Origin: an uncultured Clostridia bacterium
GTDB lineage: Bacteria; Bacillota; Clostridia; Christensenellales; CAG-138
Direction: 5' to 3'
DNA: 64,000 bases
NCBI GenBank assembly: GCA_947166925.1
Contig: CAMVGD010000003.1
Span: 2,507-66,506 of the forward strand
Below are positions 52,400 through 61,098 of the stretch, piece by piece. Numbering within the stretch: the stretch's first letter is position 1; every line of letters starts with the position of its first letter. The notes beneath the pieces are model-generated. The model worked only from the letters and a program-made list of their open reading frames with translations, made no database searches and was not told where the DNA came from. A program made the position numbers and the translations under genes.

Positions 52400-52408
52400 G
52401 GACAAAAC

Positions 52409-52435
52409 AGCGCCGGAGGGTCGTCCTCCGGCGCT
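52409..52435. terminator. GC-rich hairpin between the convergent L4 and TIR genes (twin of 50664..50688)
   Basis: agcgccggagg-gtcgt-cctccggcgct, with an A-rich 5' flank and a T-rich 3' flank. Confidence 0.65.
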
Positions 52436-52458
52436 TGTCGTTTGGATCGCGTATCTGT

Positions 52459-53511
52459 TTACAGCTCGTCTCGTATCTTTCTGACAAACTCCTCGAGACG
52501 CTGTTCGAGCGGCGGCACGGTCGCGTCCATCCAATGCTGTCTGGAAAGATAGTACCGGAAGGACGGTCCGAGCTCCTTGTCGTCCAGCTTCAGCGGATAG
52601 AAGCGGATCCCGCGCTTCAGCTCCTGGAACCCGAGGTCGACCTCGTTCAGAACATGCTCCGAAGCGAGGCTGTCCTTGCTGAGGATCAAGATGAAGTGCG
52701 AGCAGCGGGCGATCGCCTCGACGATGGCGGTCGCGTATACCGGACGGTCGACATCACGTGGGGCATACCAGACGCGGATACCGTTGGCTTCGAGCTTGGC
52801 ACAAAGGTTGTCAGCAACGTTCTTGTCACAGCTCGAGTAGCTGATGAACGCCAAAGGACGCCCGACAGACGCTTCCTGCTGTTTTTCGGAGTCCATCTTG
52901 TTCTGCTTGATGGAATACGACTCCCGCAGCGTCCGCGCAAAGTCTTCGGCTTTCTTGAAATTGTATTCGATAACGATGATCTCGCGGACGCTTTCGTTGC
53001 TCTGCAAAAACTGCAGGCATTCGTTGATGATCGGCTTTGCAACGAACGAATCGGAAATCCCCTGATGACCGGTACCGAGAATGGGAATGCCGATCGTCTG
53101 GATACTGACGCCGGCAAGCGATGCAATGTCCAGCATGCGGAAATAGGACCGGAGCGCAACGAGTACATCCGACGGGTGTTCGTCGGGCTTGGTGACAAGA
53201 TGCAGCGGACGCATTTCCACGCATCCGATGCGCTGGATCGGAAGACCGGAAGCGGCAATGTGACGGGAGAGCCATGTGCTGCATACCGAGCGGAGATCGA
53301 TCTGCGGATCCTTGGACAGATCCGTTACGGAAATGCCTCTGTTGTGCAGCGCATAGATCATTGTGCCGAACAACGGATAATAGCTCCCCTTGAACGCGGA
53401 GACCGTCATCACGTCCAGCTCCCGGTCCAGTTCCGCGATATCTCCGGCAAGCACGGAGATCGACTTGCTTCCGTATACGGTATTGATGCTGATTCGTTCG
53501 ATTTCCTTCAT
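52459..53511 (-). CDS. Two-domain protein: N-terminal macro-like domain + C-terminal TIR domain
   Basis: TIR: LAFISYSSCDKNVADNL...ILILSKDSLASEHVLNEV...YPLKLD. N-terminus: VLAGDIAEL..DVMTVSAF and TIGIPILGTGHQGIS resemble macro-domain GDIT / IAFPAISTG blocks. Internal ATG of track ORF 52459..53700. Confidence 0.7.
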   Translation of the reverse strand: MKEIERISINTVYGSKSISVLAGDIAELDRELDVMTVSAFKGSYYPLFGTMIYALHNRGISVTDLSKDPQIDLRSVCSTWLSRHIAASGLPIQRIGCVEMRPLHLVTKPDEHPSDVLVALRSYFRMLDIASLAGVSIQTIGIPILGTGHQGISDSFVAKPIINECLQFLQSNESVREIIVIEYNFKKAEDFARTLRESYSIKQNKMDSEKQQEASVGRPLAFISYSSCDKNVADNLCAKLEANGIRVWYAPRDVDRPVYATAIVEAIARCSHFILILSKDSLASEHVLNEVDLGFQELKRGIRFYPLKLDDKELGPSFRYYLSRQHWMDATVPPLEQRLEEFVRKIRDEL

Positions 53512-53533
53512 ATCGTCCGCCCTCGTCAAAACG

Positions 53534-53869
53534 TCATTCGTCGCCGTTCTTCCGGTGCATCGAGCGGCAGGCGTCAAAGCCCTCGGGATAGCGGGCTTTG
53601 AGCTTGTCGATGTTCGCCTGCAGGATCGTTTCCAGATCGTAGCCGATCGCGGTCGCGGTCTCCGCAAGATACCACGCGACGTCGCCGAGCTCCTTGGCAA
53701 GGTGCGCCTTGTCCAATTCGTGCCCCTGCATCATCCATTTTTTGACAAGGTCGATCGCCTCGCCCGACTCGCCGCAAAGCCCCATGACGCCGTTCAACAG
53801 CACTTCCTTTTCGGAAAGCGCCGGGTTCAGGGTCGTCATGGCAAGCTTCTGGTATTCGTTGATCGTCAT
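53534..53869 (-). CDS. MazG-like all-alpha nucleoside-triphosphate pyrophosphohydrolase
   Basis: 111 aa with GLCGESGEAIDLVKK and ELGDVAWYL acidic metal-binding motifs. The start overlaps the upstream stop by 4 nt. Confidence 0.7.
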   Translation of the reverse strand: MTINEYQKLAMTTLNPALSEKEVLLNGVMGLCGESGEAIDLVKKWMMQGHELDKAHLAKELGDVAWYLAETATAIGYDLETILQANIDKLKARYPEGFDACRSMHRKNGDE

Positions 53870-54477
53870 AAACCCATGTCCTCGTCGATCAGAATGATCC
53901 GGAACGCCTGATGGCGGCGCGAGGGGTATTCTGTGATCGCGGTCACGTTGCACATGCGCACCGGCGGGCGGCAGTCGCGGCAGACGTTGTCGATCGAGCA
54001 GGGTGTTTTGAAACCCTGACGCCGCGCGTTCGGTCCGCACGCGTCACGCTTGATCCGCGCGATCGCTTCGTCGTAGTCCTTGACCAGCTTGTTTCTGCCG
54101 ACTGCGAGGATGACCGTCTTGGGTCCGTAGATGATGCCCGCAAGGCGGTTGCCCGTACCGTCGATGTTGATGAGCCGCCCGTCCTCGGTGATCGCGTTCG
54201 ACGAACACAGATACACGTCCGCGGCGATCGCGTTGATGCGCGTCTCTTCCACCTGTGGCTTTTCGACCTTCCAGTGCCAGTACACCGTGTTGCCGCGCTC
54301 GGTCAGCGCTTCATAGAGCCCGAGATCGCGCACGGTCGCCGAGCCAGCGATGCCGACGGAGCGGTCGCCGATGTAGTTGAGTATCAGTTCCTTCGCCTCT
54401 GCGGGCGTTTTGCAGACGTCGGCAAGAAAGCCGCGTTCGTTGAGCCGCTTCGCAACGGTATTGAGATCGTATTGCAT
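53866..54477 (-). CDS. LUD-domain (lactate-utilization / YkgG-like) protein with a Cys-rich C-terminus
   Basis: VGIAGSATV, AITEDGRLINIDGTGNR, GPKTVILAVG. C-terminus CGPNARRQGFKTPCSIDNVCRDCRPPVRMC. Confidence 0.6.
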   Translation of the reverse strand: MQYDLNTVAKRLNERGFLADVCKTPAEAKELILNYIGDRSVGIAGSATVRDLGLYEALTERGNTVYWHWKVEKPQVEETRINAIAADVYLCSSNAITEDGRLINIDGTGNRLAGIIYGPKTVILAVGRNKLVKDYDEAIARIKRDACGPNARRQGFKTPCSIDNVCRDCRPPVRMCNVTAITEYPSRRHQAFRIILIDEDMGL

Positions 54478-54506
54478 GTGTCCACCTCCGGATTTGACTT
54501 GCTTCG

Positions 54507-54536
54507 ATTGTATCACACTTCTTGCAATTTTGGCAA
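54507..54536 (-). promoter_or_regulatory. Putative sigma-A promoter for the LUD/MazG-like/macro-TIR operon
   Basis: Minus strand TTGCCA-18 nt-TACAAT. Its -35 overlaps the -35 of the divergent lepA promoter. Confidence 0.55.
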
Positions 54537-54550
54537 CGGTAATGTACAAT
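54522..54550 (+). promoter_or_regulatory. Putative sigma-A promoter for lepA-hemW
   Basis: TTGCAA-17 nt-TACAAT. Confidence 0.6.
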
Positions 54551-54605
54551 AATGAATACTTATGGAGACGGCGTCGGTACGCCGTACCATCCCGGAGGAC
54601 CTTTT

Positions 54606-56411
54606 ATGAATTTCGATCCGAATCTCATTCGTAACTTTTCAATCATTGCGCACATCGACCACGGCAAATCGACGCTCGCAGACCGCATGATGGAGCTGAC
54701 CGACACCGTCGCCAAGCGTGACATGGAGGAGCAGCTTCTGGATTCCATGGACATCGAGCGTGAACGCGGCATCACGATCAAGGCGTCCGCCGTGCGCATG
54801 TTCTATCACCATACCGATGGCAAGACCTATATGTTCAACCTGATCGACACGCCGGGTCACGTCGACTTCAACTATGAAGTCTCCCGTGCGCTTGCCGCAT
54901 GCGAAGGCGCGGTGCTTGTCGTCGACGCGACGCAGGGCATCGAGGCGCAGACGCTCGCAAACGTCTACCTCGCGGTCGACAACGGGCTTGAAGTGCTGCC
55001 GGTCATCAACAAGGTCGATCTGCCCTCCGCAGAGCCCGAGCGCGTCAAGAAGGAGATTGAGGACGTCATCGGCATCCCCGCCGAGGACGCGCCCTGTATC
55101 TCGGCAAAGACGGGGCTGAACGTCGGCGAGGTCCTTGCAAGGATCGTCGACACCGTCCCCGCGCCGACCGGCGATCCGGACGCGCCTCTCAAAGCGCTGA
55201 TCTTCGATTGCCTCTACGACAACTATAAGGGCGCATTGTCCTATGTGCGCGTATTTGACGGCACGGTGAAGCCCGGCACGCGTATCCGCATGATGGCGAG
55301 CGGCAGCGAGTTCGACGTCACAGAGGTCGGCGTGTTCGCGCCGACGTGGAAGCCGGTGGACAGTTTGACGGCGGGCGAGGTCGGCTACATCGCCGCGTCG
55401 ATCAAGAGCGTTGCGGAAACAAAGGTCGGCGACACGATCACCGAAGCGGGACGCCCCGCCAAGGAAGCGCTGCCCGGCTATAAGCAGGCGAACTCGATGG
55501 TCTTCTGCGGCGTGTACCCCGCGGACGGCGCGCACTACGACGACCTCAAGGAGGCGCTCGACAAGCTGAAGCTGAACGACGCGTCTTTAAGCTATGAGCA
55601 CGAGACGTCCGCCGCGCTGGGCTACGGCTTCCGCTGCGGGTTCCTGGGACTTTTACACATGGAGATCATCACCGAACGGCTCGAACGCGAGTTCGATCTC
55701 GACCTCGTCACCACCGCGCCGTCGGTCGTGTACCACGTCTATACGCTCGACGGACAGAAGATCGTCATCGACAACCCGTCGAACCTGCCGAACGCGGCGG
55801 AGATCGACTACATGGAGGAGCCGATCGTGAAAGCCACGATCATGACCCCGTCCGAGTACGTCGGCACGATCATGGAGCTCTGCCAGAACAACCGCGGCAC
55901 GTTCGTCGACATGCAGTACATCGAGGCGGACCGCGTGAACCTGCACTATATCCTGCCGCTCAACGAGATTATCTACGACTTCTTCGACAGTCTGAAATCG
56001 AGAAGCCGCGGCTACGCCTCGTTCGATTATGAGCTTTCGGGCTACGCGAGGAGCGAGCTCGTGCGGCTCGACTTTTTGCTGAACGGCGAAATGTGCGACG
56101 CGCTGACCACGATCGTGCATAAGGACCGCGCGTACAGTAAGGGACGCGCCGTTGCCGAGAAGCTCAAGGACGTCATTCCGCGCCAGCAGTTCGAGATCCC
56201 GATCCAGGCGGCGATCGGCAGCAAGATCATCGCCCGCGAGACGGTCAAGGCGGTCCGCAAGGACGTTCTGGCGAAGTGCTACGGCGGCGACATCACGCGC
56301 AAGAAGAAGCTGCTCGAAAAACAGAAGGAAGGCAAGAAGCGCATGCGGCAGGTCGGCTCCGTCGCCGTGCCGAGCGACGCCTTCATGAGCGTGCTGCGCA
56401 TCAACGGATGA
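54606..56411 (+). CDS. lepA: Translation elongation factor 4 (LepA)
   Basis: [32 protein letters not shown]. 601 aa. Confidence 0.95.
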   Translation: MNFDPNLIRNFSIIAHIDHGKSTLADRMMELTDTVAKRDMEEQLLDSMDIERERGITIKASAVRMFYHHTDGKTYMFNLIDTPGHVDFNYEVSRALAACEGAVLVVDATQGIEAQTLANVYLAVDNGLEVLPVINKVDLPSAEPERVKKEIEDVIGIPAEDAPCISAKTGLNVGEVLARIVDTVPAPTGDPDAPLKALIFDCLYDNYKGALSYVRVFDGTVKPGTRIRMMASGSEFDVTEVGVFAPTWKPVDSLTAGEVGYIAASIKSVAETKVGDTITEAGRPAKEALPGYKQANSMVFCGVYPADGAHYDDLKEALDKLKLNDASLSYEHETSAALGYGFRCGFLGLLHMEIITERLEREFDLDLVTTAPSVVYHVYTLDGQKIVIDNPSNLPNAAEIDYMEEPIVKATIMTPSEYVGTIMELCQNNRGTFVDMQYIEADRVNLHYILPLNEIIYDFFDSLKSRSRGYASFDYELSGYARSELVRLDFLLNGEMCDALTTIVHKDRAYSKGRAVAEKLKDVIPRQQFEIPIQAAIGSKIIARETVKAVRKDVLAKCYGGDITRKKKLLEKQKEGKKRMRQVGSVAVPSDAFMSVLRING

Positions 56412-57574
56412 TCGGCGTCTACGTACATATCCCATATTGTATCCGGAAATGCCGCTACTGCGATTTCTGTTCGATCCCGATCGACGAAACCGCGGGGCGG
56501 TATCGTGCTGCCTTGGAAAAAGAAATCGCGCTGTCCCGGGCAAAATACCCGGACGAGCGCGTGAAAACCGTCTTCTTCGGCGGCGGTACGCCGACGATCC
56601 TGCCCGCGGAGGATCTTTGCGCGATCCTCGATGCGATCAGAACCGCGTTTCCCGTGGAGCCGGACGCGGAGATCTCGATCGAATGCAATCCGAAAACGAT
56701 CGGGTTCGACGGTCTGAAACGGCTGTGCGATGCGGGCTTCAACCGCCTTTCGATTGGTCTGCAGGCGACGCAGAACGACCTTCTATCTCGCATCGGGCGC
56801 GTGCATACGTATGAGGAATTTATTGCAACCTATTCTGCCGCGCGTGACGCCGGGTTTACGAACATCAACATCGACCTGATGCACGGGCTGCCGGGACAAA
56901 CACAGGACGATTATCTTGACGCGATCCGCACGGTTGCGACGCTTGAGCCCACGCATATTTCGGCATATTCGCTGATTTTGGAGGAGGGCACGCCGCTGTA
57001 TGACGACGTGACTGCGGGCAAGGAAACGCTGCCCGATCCTGACGCCGTCGCGGACATGGAGGACGCGGGTATGGATCTTTTGGAATCGCTCGGCTATCAT
57101 CGTTACGAGGTCAGCAACTTTGCAAAGTCCGGCTTTGAGTGCCGCCATAATCTCATCTATTGGCATAACGAGCCGTACCTTGGCTTGGGCGTCGCCGCGC
57201 ATTCTTCAATGGAGGAGGACGGCTTTTGGGCACGGTTTTCAAACGAAAGCAGCATTTCCGCTTATCTCAAAAAGCTCGAAAAAGGGAAGCTCCCGCGCGC
57301 CGAGCGCATCATCGTAAACACATTCGAGCAGATGTTTGAATCGGTTATGCTGGGGCTTCGCCTTGTGGAAGGCGTCGACCGCGCCGCGTTTCTTGACCGC
57401 TTCGGATGCGACGTGATCGAAACCTACCGCGAGGCGTACGACAAAAACGACCGCTTCGGCTTCTGGGACCATTCCGATCCCGCCTATCTTCGTCTGAACC
57501 GCCTCGGCATGGATCATCTCGATTCCGTCCTGCGCGACTTCCGCGAGCGGCGGCTGATTGATTTTTTGCGATAA
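56408..57574 (+). CDS. hemW: Radical SAM heme chaperone HemW (coproporphyrinogen III oxidase-like)
   Basis: [26 protein letters not shown] overlap with lepA. Confidence 0.85.
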   Translation: MIGVYVHIPYCIRKCRYCDFCSIPIDETAGRYRAALEKEIALSRAKYPDERVKTVFFGGGTPTILPAEDLCAILDAIRTAFPVEPDAEISIECNPKTIGFDGLKRLCDAGFNRLSIGLQATQNDLLSRIGRVHTYEEFIATYSAARDAGFTNINIDLMHGLPGQTQDDYLDAIRTVATLEPTHISAYSLILEEGTPLYDDVTAGKETLPDPDAVADMEDAGMDLLESLGYHRYEVSNFAKSGFECRHNLIYWHNEPYLGLGVAAHSSMEEDGFWARFSNESSISAYLKKLEKGKLPRAERIIVNTFEQMFESVMLGLRLVEGVDRAAFLDRFGCDVIETYREAYDKNDRFGFWDHSDPAYLRLNRLGMDHLDSVLRDFRERRLIDFLR

Positions 57575-57580
57575 AAACAA

Positions 57581-57602
57581 CAGCCGTCCGACCGGGCGGC
57601 TG
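57581..57602. terminator. Hairpin between convergent hemW and the anti-sigma-like gene
   Basis: cagccgtcc-gacc-gggcggctg. The T-run is on the minus-strand side (ttgttttt). Confidence 0.6.
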
Positions 57603-57620
57603 CTATCATAATGCGGCGTA

Positions 57621-58373
57621 TCACCCGTTAATATCTATTTCGTCGTTTTCCTCGCTTTCGGCAGGTGAGACGCGGTAGAAGTATCTTGCCGAGTGGACCA
57701 TGGCGTAGAAGCGTTCGGCGGCTTCCGTGTCCAATGCGGCGATATCCGTTTTTCCGAACTTGTATAGGATCGTGATCCCGTCGTTCTCGAAAAAGATCAT
57801 GGAGGACCGCGTCCCGTCGGTCTGCGGGTCTCCATATTGCACGACGCCGTAAGGCATGTTTTTGAGGTATCCGCCGAAATAGGCGCTCGGCGCGACTTGT
57901 ATGAGCAGTGTATCGTCCAATTCTTCGTTGTAATAGGTTGCCTTCAATACGCGACGCTCGGCGTGAAGCGCGTCGGCGCTGTCGCTGTATAAATTGAAGC
58001 CGTCCTCAGTCAGAGCATACCCTTCTTCGATCTCGGTCGGGAACAGGTACCCGAACGCGGCGTCGAGTTCTTCATCCAGAATGGGGTTCGGCACTTTGCA
58101 TTCCGTGTCGTTGACCGGGGCGCCTTCGCTTTCCGCTTCTATTGGCTCCCGGCTTGCGGTAAACCAGTTCAGTCGGATCCCCACAATGCCGACGACGGCA
58201 AGCAGCACCAGACAGGCGGCAGGGATCAGAAGCTTTTTAGTATGCAGCATCGTTTTCTCCTTTCTTTTGCGTTCGGAACGGTTTGCCGAGAGGATCGCGG
58301 AAAGCATCCGCGCATCCTGCGCGCCGCTCGGTTCGATCGTGTTCCATGCAGCAACGATACAGTCATTTTTCAT
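57621..58373 (-). CDS. Membrane-anchored putative anti-sigma factor
   Basis: 11-nt overlap with the sigma gene. Short cytoplasmic N-terminus, TM LLIPAACLVLLAVVGIVGI and an extracytoplasmic domain. Confidence 0.5.
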   Translation of the reverse strand: MKNDCIVAAWNTIEPSGAQDARMLSAILSANRSERKRKEKTMLHTKKLLIPAACLVLLAVVGIVGIRLNWFTASREPIEAESEGAPVNDTECKVPNPILDEELDAAFGYLFPTEIEEGYALTEDGFNLYSDSADALHAERRVLKATYYNEELDDTLLIQVAPSAYFGGYLKNMPYGVVQYGDPQTDGTRSSMIFFENDGITILYKFGKTDIAALDTEAAERFYAMVHSARYFYRVSPAESEENDEIDING

Positions 58374-58860
58374 CGAAAACATCACCTAACCTTTCTTTGA
58401 GGATCGCGCGCGCCTCGCGCAGATGATTGCGGATGGTCGATTGCGGCTGCTTCAAAATCCCTGCGATCTCTGCGCCGGTATAGCCCTCGTAATAATACAG
58501 ATACACCGCGGCTTTGTACCGGTCCGGAAGTGCCAGGACCGTTTCCAGAACCTCGTTCGTTTCAACCTTTGCCATATCGGGCAGGTCGTAACAGCGGTCG
58601 ATGTCCTCACGCCTTCGCCACCAATGCTTCAACTGGTTTTTGCACACGTTCGACGCGGTGCGGATGAGCCATGCCTTTTCGTGTTCTGCACTCTCGAACG
58701 CGGGAGCGCTCTTGATCAGCCGGATAAAGGTCTCCGAAACGGCGTCCTCGGTATCGGCGGGGTTTTTGAGGTAAGCAAAGCAGACGCGGTAGACCGTGCT
58801 TTTATGGCGCGCATAGAGCTCCGTAATCTCTTTGTCCGTACGCAACAAAGGATTCTTCAT
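58363..58860 (-). CDS. ECF-type sigma-70 family sigma factor
   Basis: 165-aa C-terminal part of track ORF 58363..59256. EHEKAWLIRTA; YLYYYEGYTGAEIAGILKQPQSTIRNHLREAR. Confidence 0.8.
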   Translation of the reverse strand: MKNPLLRTDKEITELYARHKSTVYRVCFAYLKNPADTEDAVSETFIRLIKSAPAFESAEHEKAWLIRTASNVCKNQLKHWWRRREDIDRCYDLPDMAKVETNEVLETVLALPDRYKAAVYLYYYEGYTGAEIAGILKQPQSTIRNHLREARAILKERLGDVFDEK

Positions 58861-58989
58861 ATTGCCTTGCCCTCCTTTCACTATACATACAATCGGGGAC
58901 GCCGAATTGTCGGATGCATGCGGCAATTTTATCAAATGACGGAGGAAAAAATCAAGATACGCCCCCTTATCAGTCAACTTCGTTGACAA

Positions 58990-59090
58990 CTTCTCCACCC
59001 TAAAGGGGGAGAAGCCTCTTTGCACGCATCCAAAAGCCTTCCCCTGCGTACAGCATGGGGAAGGGGGACCGCTTGCGGTGGATGAGGTTT
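58990..59090. repeat. Cluster of short hairpins ending in GGATGAGGT
   Basis: cttctcc/ggagaag (58990-59014), ccttcccc/ggggaagg (59037-59064), accgc/gcggt, then GATGAGGT (59081-59088). Confidence 0.65.
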
Positions 59091-59102
59091 CCTTGTGAAA
59101 AG

Positions 59103-59183
59103 CCGCAAAAGGTTGGCAGCGACAGTACGCCGTTGTGAATGCGTTCACAAATGAACAGGCGTACCGAGCGCGACCTTTTGCGG
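59103..59183. repeat. 81-nt three-tier nested inverted repeat (extended imperfect hairpin)
   Basis: ccgcaaaaggt/accttttgcgg (11 bp), gtacgcc/ggcgtac (7 bp) and gtgaa/ttcac (5 bp), nested. Confidence 0.75.
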
Positions 59184-59327
59184 AGAGGAGGGGCGGCGAA
59201 ACGGGTGAACGACAATGCTTTCGCGAAACGGATGATACGGATGCTGTCACAAGCATCGTCGTGAACAGAGTTGAGCGCGCTCCGACGAGATTTCACTTTT
59301 GTTTCACATTGTTGCCCCGATGTTCAC

Positions 59328-59356
59328 TTGACTATTGTGCATGATAGTGGTATCTT
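59328..59356 (+). promoter_or_regulatory. Putative sigma-A promoter of the hrcA operon
   Basis: TTGACT-17 nt-TATCTT immediately upstream of CIRCE. Confidence 0.5.
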
Positions 59357-59367
59357 ATGCATAGTGA

Positions 59368-59394
59368 TTAGCACTCTGATGAACGGAGTGCTAA
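59368..59394 (+). promoter_or_regulatory. CIRCE operator (HrcA binding site)
   Basis: TTAGCACTC-tgatgaacg-GAGTGCTAA, a perfect match to consensus TTAGCACTC-N9-GAGTGCTAA, 19 nt before the hrcA start. Confidence 0.95.
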
Positions 59395-59412
59395 AGGAAA
59401 GGAGGCGATCGC

Positions 59413-60444
59413 ATGGAGCTGGATCAAAGAAAGCTGCAGATCCTGCGTGCGATCGTTGACGAGTACATCCTTTCGGCAAACCCTGTGGGCTCCAAGGCGT
59501 TAAGCCGCGGCGGCATGAAATGGTCGTCCGCGACGATCCGCAACGAGATGGCGGACCTCGAAACGCTCGGCTATCTTGCGCAGCCGCACACCAGCGCGGG
59601 GCGCATCCCGTCCGAAAAGGCGTACCGCCTGTATGTCGATCAGATGATGCAGCGCGCGCATCTCTCGGATGAGGAGTCCAGACTGCTGTACGGATATTTC
59701 CGGGAGCATGTCCGCGACGTCGACGCGGTGCTGCGTTCCACGGCAAAGGCGCTTTCGGAGATCACGCACTATACGGCGCTTGTGATGATGCCGGACATCG
59801 GCGTGAACCGTCTCCGCCACCTGCAGCTCATTCCGCTGACGCCGGGCAAAGCGCTGGCGGTGGTCGTCACCGACGCGGGCGTTTCGCAGAACACGGTGAT
59901 CGACGTCCCGGAGGATATCGGACCGGAGGAGCTGGACCGGATCTCTAAGGCGATCACGGCAAGGTTTTCGGACTGCCGGATGTCGGCTGTCTCGTCAAAG
60001 CTCGTCCGCGAGCTCGGCGGAGAGCTTTCCGTCAGGGCAGATTTCGTGGAATCCCTGCTTTCCGCGCTTTGCGACAGTCAGTCGCGCGACCGGCGCATGG
60101 TCGAGCTTTCGGGCACGACGAACATGCTCGAATACCCCGAGTACAGCGACGTATCGAAGGCAAAGACGTTTCTTGCGACCGTCGAACAGAAGGACGATAT
60201 GTACCGGATGCTGAAAAAAGCGTCCAGCATGGAGTTCACGGTCACGATCGGCAGCGAGAACGAACAGGAAGGCTTTCAGGACTGCAGCGTGGTCACCGCG
60301 AGCTATCGCGTGAACGGGACGCCGGTCGGCAGCTTCGGCGTGATCGGACCGACCCGCATGGACTACGCCCGCGTGCTGAGTATTTTGAAAAATGTGCAGA
60401 CCAACCTCGGCGTGGTGCTGCAATCGTTTTTGAAGGAGGAGTAG
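59413..60444 (+). CDS. hrcA: Heat-inducible transcription repressor HrcA
   Basis: LQILRAIVDEYILSANPVGSKAL. CIRCE lies upstream. Confidence 0.95.
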   Translation: MELDQRKLQILRAIVDEYILSANPVGSKALSRGGMKWSSATIRNEMADLETLGYLAQPHTSAGRIPSEKAYRLYVDQMMQRAHLSDEESRLLYGYFREHVRDVDAVLRSTAKALSEITHYTALVMMPDIGVNRLRHLQLIPLTPGKALAVVVTDAGVSQNTVIDVPEDIGPEELDRISKAITARFSDCRMSAVSSKLVRELGGELSVRADFVESLLSALCDSQSRDRRMVELSGTTNMLEYPEYSDVSKAKTFLATVEQKDDMYRMLKKASSMEFTVTIGSENEQEGFQDCSVVTASYRVNGTPVGSFGVIGPTRMDYARVLSILKNVQTNLGVVLQSFLKEE

Positions 60445-60448
60445 GAAC

Positions 60449-61021
60449 TTGGCTTCCAGGAAGAACAAGCCGCATGACGCGGAGAAGAAGCCCGAAGCGG
60501 TCAACGAAGCCGCAGAGGAGCAGGCGACCGAAGAACAGACACCCGAAACCGTCACGATGACGAAGGAGGAGATTGAAACGGTCAAGAAGCACATCGACGA
60601 GCTGCAGAAAAAGCTGGACGACACGATCGCGCTTCTGCAGCGCAACCAGGCGGACTTCGACAATTACCGCAAGCGCAACGCAACGGTCCGCGCGGACAGC
60701 TACGACGAGGGCAAGCGCGACTGCATCAAAGCGCTGCTGCCGGTGCTCGACGATTTCGACAGGGTCGCGGAGAGCGATCCGGGCGCGGACGGATGGGCGG
60801 ACGGCGTAAAGCTCGTACACAAGAAGTTTGCGGAGATCCTGAAAAAGGAAGGACTTGAGGAGATCCCGTCGGACGGCGCGTTCGATCCCGAGCTGCACAA
60901 CGCGGTAATGACCGAAGCGGTCGATGGGCTCGAAAGCGGCAACATCGTACAGACCTTCCAGAAGGGCTACAAGGTCAAGGAAAAGATCATTCGCCACAGC
61001 ATGGTGAAGGTCAGCGAATAA
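60449..61021 (+). CDS. grpE: Nucleotide exchange factor GrpE
   Basis: QADFDNYRKR, LLPVLDDFDR, GYKVKEKIIRHSMVKV. TTG start as in the track; the exact start is uncertain. Confidence 0.9.
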   Translation: MASRKNKPHDAEKKPEAVNEAAEEQATEEQTPETVTMTKEEIETVKKHIDELQKKLDDTIALLQRNQADFDNYRKRNATVRADSYDEGKRDCIKALLPVLDDFDRVAESDPGADGWADGVKLVHKKFAEILKKEGLEEIPSDGAFDPELHNAVMTEAVDGLESGNIVQTFQKGYKVKEKIIRHSMVKVSE

Positions 61022-61098
61022 GGCGAAAACAAGTATTTCACACTTGTCAGCATAGAATAAAAAAGTAAAATCTTCAAAGAACCCGGAGGTATCAGAAT

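Noticed and set aside
58861-59256. N-terminal 132-aa extension of the sigma-factor ORF (track 58363-59256)
   Set aside because: The extension runs through the hairpin-dense repeat island and has no sigma-like sequence. A clean ATG sits at 58860. It is treated as non-coding.
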